Shown here piece after piece: positions 19,829 through 26,909 of a DNA stretch of 64,000 nt (positions within the stretch are counted from its first letter, which is position 1; each line of letters begins with the position of its first letter). The translations under genes were made by a program, and so were the position numbers. The DNA comes from an uncultured virus (IMG/VR IMGVR_UViG_3300035698_005065). Taxonomy: Duplodnaviria; Heunggongvirae; Uroviricota; Caudoviricetes. The stretch lies in the IMG/VR virus record IMGVR_UViG_3300035698_005065; one strand, given 5' to 3'. The notes beneath the pieces were generated by a model that did no database searches, was not told the DNA's origin, and saw only the letters and a program-made list of their open reading frames with translations.

Positions 19829-19993
19829 GCATGTATCGAACGCCCACTGACCATTCGTTTCATTAACATTATGATCGCTGAACAATCTGTCCCGTGGATC
19901 GGCTGCAATTCCTGCATACCAGGAACTCGCTGGTTCGGTGAACTTGTTCATGTATGCCACGAGGGCGTCGTAGACTTCTTGGGTGGTTTTCAT
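19697..19993 (-). CDS. conserved-looking bacterial hypothetical protein (GIY-YIG-like), putative integron cassette gene
   Basis: WYAGIAADPRDRLFSDHNV..ARAVE..GGGGGGD..YVY; only convincing - strand gene; starts about 16 nt after attC-like site B. Confidence 0.65.
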   Translation of the reverse strand: MKTTQEVYDALVAYMNKFTEPASSWYAGIAADPRDRLFSDHNVNETNGQWAFDTCSTDTDARAVEAAMLKLGCKGGGGGGDHTTKSCYVYFITNSTVE

Positions 19994-20008
19994 TGTGTTA
20001 TTTCTATG

Positions 20009-20107
20009 GAGAACGTCCAAGGTCTGGCGCAGATACCAGCGGGAGCCGACTCCGATTCCTAACCAAACTTCACCGCTGGCATCTGTTGCCAGCGCCGACT
20101 TGTTCGC
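20009..20107 (-). repeat. attC-like imperfect palindrome B
   Basis: shares GAGAACGTCCAAGGT..TACCAGCGGGAGCCGACTCCGA with site A; arms CTGGCGCAGATACCAGCGG/CCGCTGGCATCTGTTGCCAG; ends CTTGTTCGC. Confidence 0.65.
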
Positions 20108-20133
20108 ATTCTTCCGAATTACCTAAACCCTTT

Positions 20134-20616
20134 ATGATACCAATAACCAAATCCGCCACCGCAGACACACGGACCTGCGACTACGCCAACACCACCAAGG
20201 AAACGCTTTTAGCTTCCAGTCGCACCCATATCGGCGACGTAGTAAAAGCCATGGCGTTCTTCATCGGCAAACTCACCGAGGCCGCTGGGGAGCACGACTA
20301 CGACAAGCTAACGGCAATCGACTGGTTCCATGATGACTTCATCACAGGATTCGAGAAAACTGGATGGTGGGACAATCATAGAAAGATTCACCGACACCAT
20401 CTCGGACAAGAGGACGGAGTGCCAGAGGATGTGAATCTTCTCGACGTGATCGAATACATATCGGACTGCGTGATGGCAGGGATGGCGCGGAGCGGTAGCG
20501 TCTATGATTTGGAGATGACGCCAGAGATGTTGGAGCGCGCATTCAGGAACACGGTCGAGCTACTCAAGGCGGAGGTCGTTGTTTCTGATGCGAACTCCCC
20601 TGACCTTCGGCCCTAA
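20134..20616 (+). CDS. DUF5662-like HD-related protein
   Basis: HIGDV..HDYDK..HRKIHRHH..LLDVIEYISDC. Confidence 0.55.
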   Translation: MIPITKSATADTRTCDYANTTKETLLASSRTHIGDVVKAMAFFIGKLTEAAGEHDYDKLTAIDWFHDDFITGFEKTGWWDNHRKIHRHHLGQEDGVPEDVNLLDVIEYISDCVMAGMARSGSVYDLEMTPEMLERAFRNTVELLKAEVVVSDANSPDLRP

Positions 20617-20644
20617 GAGGGTCCGTAGCGTCGGACAGTTACAA

Positions 20645-20686
20645 CCGCCCGGACCATTGAATTGGACGGGCATTGCTGGCGAAATG
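20645..20686 (+). repeat. hairpin leader repeat, copy 1 of 3
   Basis: CCGCCCGGACCATTGAATTGGACGGGCATTGCTGGCGAAATG. Confidence 0.7.
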
Positions 20687-20893
20687 ACAACATATTACTA
20701 CGTCTTGCGCGAAGGGGGGACATCGCCACAAGTCCGCCACCAAACGATTATTAGTGCTCGGATCGAGGCTGAACGATTAGCTTCAGCTCATGAAGGAGAG
20801 GTTTTTTCAATCCTGATGTGTGTCGGGTTTTCCCAGGTATCTAAAGCGAGAACCTTTTGGGTAGATGGAATTGACCCTAACGTCATGACTTAA
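20684..20893 (+). CDS. small hypothetical phage protein
   Basis: ATG ends the leader repeat; PQVRH..ARIEAERLA..FSIL. Confidence 0.6.
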   Translation: MTTYYYVLREGGTSPQVRHQTIISARIEAERLASAHEGEVFSILMCVGFSQVSKARTFWVDGIDPNVMT

Positions 20894-20913
20894 TTTAAGG
20901 AAACACCACCAAC

Positions 20914-20955
20914 CCGCCCGGACCATTGACTTGGCCGGGCATTGCTGGTGAAATG
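20914..20955 (+). repeat. hairpin leader repeat, copy 2 of 3
   Basis: CCGCCCGGACCATTGACTTGGCCGGGCATTGCTGGTGAAATG. Confidence 0.7.
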
Positions 20956-21270
20956 AAACCGACTATAGGAAAAAAATATCTAATAACCACAGACGAATGG
21001 TTTATCGCCCCCGACGGGGAAAGCTACCGAGCCGTATTTGGAACCATAAAAGCGGTCATGTCTGATGAGCAAACCCTCGGAATAAAAACTAACCGCGGGT
21101 CAACAAATTGGTATGTTCAAATCGGATCCATGTTCATAGCGGGGTGCCAGATCCATTACGCCGTAGAGACGCTCAAAGTCAGCCCAACCCCACCGATGCG
21201 GGAGCTGGACCATGAGGGAAGAATTCACCCCAATCAATGCTTGGCATCTGCTATATTCCACGCTGATTAA
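20953..21270 (+). CDS. hypothetical phage protein
   Basis: KYLITTDEWFIAPDG..NWYVQIG..IAGCQIHYA; start follows repeat. Confidence 0.7.
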   Translation: MKPTIGKKYLITTDEWFIAPDGESYRAVFGTIKAVMSDEQTLGIKTNRGSTNWYVQIGSMFIAGCQIHYAVETLKVSPTPPMRELDHEGRIHPNQCLASAIFHAD

Positions 21271-21324
21271 TAAGCGCGAGCCTGAAGAATTACAAATTGA
21301 CTTTATCGAAAAAATTAACAAATC

Positions 21325-21858
21325 ATGAACATGAAAACCACGACTACATCAAGCGATCTCTTCATTGACGAGGATGACTTATCTGAGGCACTCCAAGACG
21401 CTTGGACTGACCACTGCACAGACACGGGGCACATTCCCGGCTTTCTCTCGTTTACCATGGGAGAGAATGGAGAAGAGATTCAAGCTGACTTTTTAGGGTC
21501 ACATTTCTCGACTATGGTAGCCGCGCTCCTCAATTCTAGGAATGAAGAGAAAAGCGTTGCAATCGAAGCAGATAGGAAGCCGCTTGAATGGCGTAAAGGA
21601 CCAGCGCACGAAGACTTCGATTCTGAAAGCTACTTCTGGGGCGACGGCGAAAGGATCTTAGTAATCGTAAAATACAGCGACGGAGAGAAAACAATCCTCG
21701 TCGATACGTCATGCGATGAACACTACTCGGTCCTGAATCTACTTGATGGCACGTTTGACGATTCCGGCGTGTGCCCCGAAGAAGTAATCTGGTGGGCTGC
21801 TGTGAATCCCGACAACTGGCCATCTTTGATGAACAACCAAGATCAAACATCGCCATGA
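21325..21858 (+). CDS. hypothetical acidic protein
   Basis: 177-aa ORF with A-rich leader. Confidence 0.65.
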   Translation: MNMKTTTTSSDLFIDEDDLSEALQDAWTDHCTDTGHIPGFLSFTMGENGEEIQADFLGSHFSTMVAALLNSRNEEKSVAIEADRKPLEWRKGPAHEDFDSESYFWGDGERILVIVKYSDGEKTILVDTSCDEHYSVLNLLDGTFDDSGVCPEEVIWWAAVNPDNWPSLMNNQDQTSP

Positions 21859-21951
21859 GTGACTTCGATCCACATAAAGACTGCCCCACACCCTCCGCGT
21901 GTGGATCACATAGCGTTTGCCTTGGCGATTGTTTTGCATCGTCTTGTTCTC
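21829..21951 (-). repeat. attC-like imperfect palindrome C
   Basis: GAACAACCAAGATCAAACATCGCCA..TGGCGATTGTTTTGCATCGTCTTGTTC. Confidence 0.55.
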
Positions 21952-22139
21952 TCCTGCCGTGTCCGTTTTGCGGTGGGGAGGCAAAAATTGAACGCTTGGG
22001 AAACCGTCGCACCAGTTGCATCGTTGGATGCACGAAATGCCACTGCACCTTAGAAACCAATGAACAAGGAGCGGGGCACTTCTGGAATCTTAGAGAGAAC
22101 TCCTCCATCCTGCCACCGAAAGATAAAAATAAACCATGA
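21855..22139 (+). CDS. Lar-like (restriction alleviation) zinc-ribbon protein
   Basis: LLPCPFCGGEA..CTKC..WN motif. Confidence 0.6.
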   Translation: MSDFDPHKDCPTPSACGSHSVCLGDCFASSCSLLPCPFCGGEAKIERLGNRRTSCIVGCTKCHCTLETNEQGAGHFWNLRENSSILPPKDKNKP

Positions 22140-22483
22140 GTAAAACAAAATTGGATTCATCTCCTTGTGACGCACTTACTCCGAATATCATTTCGGACAT
22201 GATTCAAAAAATCGCCGACATCCCCCAACGTAAAGGAATTTACTTCTTAAGTTCTTCAGCGATGAATGTCGTGAGATATGAATCAATAACAACAACCGAA
22301 ACATCACCAGTTATTTCAACTCTGCTCGGGCTCCCATTAATGGTGATGCCAGATCAGAAGTCAGATTGCATAATCGTCGGGGACGCTAAGATTTCCGAGG
22401 CGTATCGAGACGGAGTGATTTCCGAGAATCTATTGCTCTCAATTATGGAGCAGATTGTCCCCGACTCTGACGGGGGACTGTAG
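22136..22483 (+). CDS. hypothetical protein
   Basis: ATGA-coupled ORF, lower GC. Confidence 0.55.
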   Translation: MSKTKLDSSPCDALTPNIISDMIQKIADIPQRKGIYFLSSSAMNVVRYESITTTETSPVISTLLGLPLMVMPDQKSDCIIVGDAKISEAYRDGVISENLLLSIMEQIVPDSDGGL

Positions 22484-22500
22484 CCAATACCAACCCAAGC

Positions 22501-22542
22501 CCGCTCGGACCATTGAATTGGCCGGGCTTTCTGGGTTAAGTG
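22501..22542 (+). repeat. hairpin leader repeat, copy 3 of 3 (diverged)
   Basis: CCGCTCGGACCATTGAATTGGCCGGGCTTTCTGGGTTAAGTG. Confidence 0.6.
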
Positions 22543-22793
22543 ACCGGAGAAAAACGACCTAAAAAAGCATTCCGTATCGCCCAAATCTTGCTCTCTTTCT
22601 TCATTTCTTGGGCGGTGTTGGTTCTGTTGGCTCTGTGCCTACTGTCGTCGCCGGTGGGGGAATATGTGGCGGGGGTGGTGTTGGCTTGGTCTCTTGGATT
22701 CTCTCAGGGGGCGGCGCCGGTGACCTTTTTAAGAAAATGCTCGCATGACGCATCGGTGTTGCCAACCCCTCGGGGTCGCGGTATACATTGGGT

Positions 22794-24278
22794 GTGATAC
22801 CGGAAGACGAACCATCAGCGCCCCCGGGGGTGACTCTACGTGACCCAGAGGACTCGACCGCCACGCGGAGGGCCTTAGAGTCTGGCATAATGAAATCCAT
22901 GGACCGTTACGCAAACGGGTTTTCCTACGGCGGAGTGCGTCTAGAATTGGTCGACCTCAAGTATACCGACAAGGAGGAGTATTCCCTGAAAGATCAGGCA
23001 GAGGCCAAGGCGTCTGACAGCCTGTTGCATCGCCGACTCCGCGGGACCGTCAGGTTGGTGGACGAGGAGACCAACAAGGTCCTCGACACGAAGAAGAACA
23101 TGACCTTGGCCCGCGTGCCCTACTTAACGGAGCGTAACACCTTCATCAACAACGGGAGCGAGTTTAGTCCGGTGTCGCAGTCTAGACTTCTCCCGGGGAC
23201 CTACGCCAGGAGGCGCGCCAACGGGGAACTCGAGAATCACTTCAATACGAGACCGGGGACGGGCTCCGCGATGCGAGTGTCCTTCGAACCCACCACCGCG
23301 CAATACAGATTAAAGATAGGATCCTCAGACCTGCACGCCTACTCCATCTTTCGAGACTTGGGAGTGACCGACGAGGAGCTCTCTCGAAGGTGGGGACCGG
23401 AGATACTTGCGTCCAACAAGTCGAAATATTCAAAGCACGCACTCGCGCGGGCCTACCGCAAGTCTGTTCCCAAGTGGGAGCGTGACGAAGGACTTCCTTT
23501 TGACGAAAAGGTAGCAGCCATTCGAGCGGCTATGGACAGGGCGCAGGTGTCCGACGCGATCATGCGAAGGAACCTACCCAACCTGTATAGCCAGGAGAAG
23601 GCCGCCAGTTGGCGGAGGGCCGGAGCCGTCATACAAATAGCGCAGGACATGATTAAGAGATCGTCCGCGACATTCGCCCCGGACATGTCTCCCGACGAGG
23701 TATCCGACGACTGGGTGGGGTTTTTTGATGGTGTCGAAAAAGCTGCGGGATTCGAGCCCGATATTGAGCCGAACGGGATGCGCGAGGTGTACAACTCAAT
23801 CTACGGCAACCACGGACCTCAGCTCGCCTCGATGCGCGAGTGGCCCAAGCACTGGCTAGACGACGAAAACCAGAAGGGTTGGCTGCAATGGTATGAGAAA
23901 TACCACGACGGGCAGCGCGGGGAGACGGACGAACATCAGAAGAAGAGGTGGAAGTCCTTTAAGGCGCGGCATGGTGCCCAATTCGTAGCGAAGCCAACGC
24001 CCCGACGGGCTTTCGCGCTACGTAATTGGGGCATTGACCCTCTGAAGATGCTACCGGGAGACAAAGCCCTGCAGGTGGAAGAAGAGATGGAGAAGTATCG
24101 CCGAGGGGAGTTCGTGAAGTGGTTCATGAACCGTCACGACTTCGACGACGACGCCGCCATCAATCTATCCCTAAAAGCGGGCAAGAGAGGCGCCGAGATG
24201 CAGGAGGGCGTCCCTACACCCCGGGCACTCATGGCGATGGCGCTAGACGGATACATACAGCCCGAAGATTTAAAATGA
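22794..24278 (+). CDS. RNA polymerase beta-like N-terminal fragment fused to a Trp-rich C-terminal domain
   Basis: LRGTVRLVD..ARVPYLTERNTFINNGSEFSPVSQSRLLPGTY resembles RpoB IPxMTxxGtFIINGxERVIVSQLxRSPGVY; start at GTG 22794 inferred from promoter geometry. Confidence 0.8.
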   Translation: MIPEDEPSAPPGVTLRDPEDSTATRRALESGIMKSMDRYANGFSYGGVRLELVDLKYTDKEEYSLKDQAEAKASDSLLHRRLRGTVRLVDEETNKVLDTKKNMTLARVPYLTERNTFINNGSEFSPVSQSRLLPGTYARRRANGELENHFNTRPGTGSAMRVSFEPTTAQYRLKIGSSDLHAYSIFRDLGVTDEELSRRWGPEILASNKSKYSKHALARAYRKSVPKWERDEGLPFDEKVAAIRAAMDRAQVSDAIMRRNLPNLYSQEKAASWRRAGAVIQIAQDMIKRSSATFAPDMSPDEVSDDWVGFFDGVEKAAGFEPDIEPNGMREVYNSIYGNHGPQLASMREWPKHWLDDENQKGWLQWYEKYHDGQRGETDEHQKKRWKSFKARHGAQFVAKPTPRRAFALRNWGIDPLKMLPGDKALQVEEEMEKYRRGEFVKWFMNRHDFDDDAAINLSLKAGKRGAEMQEGVPTPRALMAMALDGYIQPEDLK

Positions 24279-25360
24279 CCACCAAATCAAAACAGAGACA
24301 TCAGTATATCGCCGACGACGACGAGTTTGAAACATACTCGTCTATCGGCGTGGACGGTCTACTTGCCGCGTCGGAGAAGCTACTAGCGGTCAACCGGGGA
24401 CTGGCGGAGACTGATGACCGAGACTCGCTACCCAACGATCGCATCTACATGGTGGATCAACTGATGTCCGAGAGGGTTAAGTTGGATCACGGAAAGGTCC
24501 TACGAAAGATGATGGGGCGCGTGGCTCGCGCGAAGAACCTGAATCCGATGGGTCCGGACACCTTCGGAGAATACACGACCGGCTACATCACAAGTAACCC
24601 CCTGGTCCCAGCGCTGGAGGAGATTAACCCGATGCACATCTTGGAGCAGCAACGTCGAATTACTAAAATGGGCCCCGGAGGCATCGGGGATCCCAACGCT
24701 ATTACGGGTGACATGCAGGCTGTTAGCGCTTCGCAGTTTGGGTTCATCGATACCATTGCCGGACCGGAGTGTCTGACAGGGGAGAGTGAGGTATTCACTG
24801 AGCGTGGGTGGGTTCCCTGGTGCGACGTTGAGGACTCGGAAGTATTCGCGTGCGGGAGCAGCGATAAGATCGAGTGGCACCGCGCGGAGCGTGTCGTGCG
24901 AGAGCACTACACCGGAGAGCTTCTGGTGGTCGAGAACAGCGAGGTCCGCATGGCCGTGACGCCTAATCACAGGGTCATAGGAAATTTATATCGAAACGAC
25001 GGAGAGGAGCTGGTCCTAGCGGCAAGCAAACTATACGGACTGCCCGTGTGGCTGCCTCGCCTATCGGGCGTGTCGCACGTCGGAGTGTCGGGCGACGACT
25101 GGCACACTGAGCATCACGACGGTCTAGTTTACTGCGCTTCAGTCCCGGGGGGTCGTTTGGTTGTCAGGGACAGCTGCGAGTCGGCATGCTACTGGACTGG
25201 CAACTCTGAGAAGGCCGGTATCGATGTTCGACTGGCTTACGGGACTCGTATCGGGTCCGATGGTAAAATTTATCAGTTGCTTCTCGACCGTCGCACGGGT
25301 AAGAAATCTTGGGTAAGCCCTACCGACCTACAGGGCAAAACACTAAAATTACCAGATTAG
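24275..25360 (+). CDS. RNA polymerase beta-like middle fragment (fork/Rif region), intein-containing
   Basis: DDRDSLPNDR, EEINPMHILEQQRRITKMGPGG, FGFIDTIAGPE/SEKAG match RpoB [37 protein letters not shown]. Confidence 0.85.
   Translation: MTTKSKQRHQYIADDDEFETYSSIGVDGLLAASEKLLAVNRGLAETDDRDSLPNDRIYMVDQLMSERVKLDHGKVLRKMMGRVARAKNLNPMGPDTFGEYTTGYITSNPLVPALEEINPMHILEQQRRITKMGPGGIGDPNAITGDMQAVSASQFGFIDTIAGPECLTGESEVFTERGWVPWCDVEDSEVFACGSSDKIEWHRAERVVREHYTGELLVVENSEVRMAVTPNHRVIGNLYRNDGEELVLAASKLYGLPVWLPRLSGVSHVGVSGDDWHTEHHDGLVYCASVPGGRLVVRDSCESACYWTGNSEKAGIDVRLAYGTRIGSDGKIYQLLLDRRTGKKSWVSPTDLQGKTLKLPD
24770..25204 (+). mobile_element. mini-intein (145 aa) in RNAP beta fragment
   Basis: starts CLTGESEVFTERGW, block B VTPNHRV, VYCASVPGG, ends WTGN followed by +1 Ser. 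Confidence 0.9.
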
Positions 25361-25363
25361 ATC

Positions 25364-25552
25364 ATGTCCAAAGAGAACACCGCACCCACCGCAGAACAAA
25401 TCATATCCGCACGCGCTCGCGGCGTCGGTGACTCCGTCGCCTACATGCCGGAGGCTCGTCGTAATAAGATCATCAAGAGCCACAGCGTCCAGTCTGGGCG
25501 CCGTGACAAGAACGTGTCGGGATTTCGCTCGGCCATTCGCGGGGGGTCCTAG
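25364..25552 (+). CDS. small basic hypothetical protein
   Basis: 62-aa ORF filling gap in operon. Confidence 0.55.
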   Translation: MSKENTAPTAEQIISARARGVGDSVAYMPEARRNKIIKSHSVQSGRRDKNVSGFRSAIRGGS

Positions 25553-25555
25553 TGT

Positions 25556-26263
25556 GTGGGTATGTCCGCATCAGTTAGGCGTCCCAGACACTACAAGTCT
25601 AAGATGGCCACGGCGTCTCAGTCGGCGGCCGCCGTTCGAGAGCTTCTCGCTTCGTTAAGGGGTAAAACCAAAAAGAGAAGCGAGATAGCGTCCGTGCTGG
25701 GGTGCTCCCCTCGCACAGCAACGCGCATACTGCGAGGCGACGACGTTCCCTACACGGCACGCATATCCCTTGAGTGGGTTCGTCGCATATGCACCTACAC
25801 CCAGATACCCCTGGAGCAGGTCTTCGGACTCAATACGCGGCAGATGGGTCAAGGCCTCGTGTCGTGGATAGGAGAGGATTTCTTTCCGAGGGCCTTGGAG
25901 AACGCGTCGCGTTTAGGAGTTTACGTCGTCGCAAGGTCCCACGTAGGTTACGGCCTTAGCGGGGCTTTCTCGGTCGAGCACCACGACGGGCGCGTCAAGA
26001 AGGTGAGTATAGGCTTGCGCCACCCGGCAGCTTCTTATGTGATGAGTGCCGCCGACCCTCCGACACACAGACTTACTGTCCGCGAGCAGGGCGACGCCTT
26101 ATGGCTAGAGCACATGCACCCGCTCAAGGGTAAGGTATCGAACTTGGCAATGACGGAATACAACCTAAAAAAAACCCTAGAAAATGTCTTCAAATTCTAC
26201 AACTCTATCGCTCAAGGACTTAGTCGAAAAAGAAACGCACGGCGGCGCCCGAACGCCGGGTGA
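25556..26263 (+). CDS. XRE-like helix-turn-helix protein (start uncertain)
   Basis: KRSEIASVLGCSPRTATRILRG..SLEWVRRIC. Confidence 0.6.
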   Translation: MGMSASVRRPRHYKSKMATASQSAAAVRELLASLRGKTKKRSEIASVLGCSPRTATRILRGDDVPYTARISLEWVRRICTYTQIPLEQVFGLNTRQMGQGLVSWIGEDFFPRALENASRLGVYVVARSHVGYGLSGAFSVEHHDGRVKKVSIGLRHPAASYVMSAADPPTHRLTVREQGDALWLEHMHPLKGKVSNLAMTEYNLKKTLENVFKFYNSIAQGLSRKRNARRRPNAG

Positions 26264-26897
26264 CGCTACGTCTGATTTTATACGAAACCTAGCCAACTCG
26301 GACGACGCCACCTTAGACGAGGATGACGCCGCCGACACCCCCGACTACGCACCTACCTCCTCTTATCAAGCGGCCCCATCGGTCATCTCCCGTGTCCTCG
26401 CGTCGCCGGCTAGAGGGGAGTTGCTGGCCATAGCTTCTTTGCTGGACCCCGACAACATAAAGCGGCACACCATCGTGTTCCACACCCCTATCGGGGAAGT
26501 TCGATGCGCCGTAGACTGGGTGGGCAACGAGCCGTCTAAAATACTGGTAGCGGAGGGGTTAATCATCGTGAAGGTTCGAACGTCAGATGTGACGTTCCGC
26601 CCATCCCCTGGCGCAACATGCAAGATTAGCTTCTTGGGCTACGCCGGAAGTATACAGGTCACTTGCCTAGAGGCACCTCTGACCATGTACCCCGGAGTTG
26701 ACTTGCTTTGCTTTCTACCTCACACTAGCCGCATGGAAAAATCTGGCGTGCTGAATGAGAGAACCCCCTCCGCCGTGTCTGGCTCTACCAGCGATCGAGT
26801 CGATGAGAACGGCGAGGCCGTGGTGGGACTAGAGAAATCGGCCGGTGTCGAGGACTTCGACAGGGCGCGCGCCGAGGCAGAAAAGGAACAGGTATAA
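26184..26897 (+). CDS. hypothetical protein
   Basis: 237-aa ORF upstream of portal-like gene; EKSG/EKSA motifs. Confidence 0.65.
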   Translation: MSSNSTTLSLKDLVEKETHGGARTPGDATSDFIRNLANSDDATLDEDDAADTPDYAPTSSYQAAPSVISRVLASPARGELLAIASLLDPDNIKRHTIVFHTPIGEVRCAVDWVGNEPSKILVAEGLIIVKVRTSDVTFRPSPGATCKISFLGYAGSIQVTCLEAPLTMYPGVDLLCFLPHTSRMEKSGVLNERTPSAVSGSTSDRVDENGEAVVGLEKSAGVEDFDRARAEAEKEQV

Positions 26898-26909
26898 TTC
26901 AAATTAGAC

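Noticed and set aside
22540..22797. Hydrophobic + ORF, or Pro-rich - ORF 22601-22900
   Set aside because: Neither frame is convincing and both overlap the putative RNAP promoter; left uncalled.
24119..24274. Upstream ORF-track extensions (also 2405, 39548, 57509, 60854)
   Set aside because: They overlap upstream genes or terminators; ATGA-coupled or A-rich-leader starts downstream fit better.
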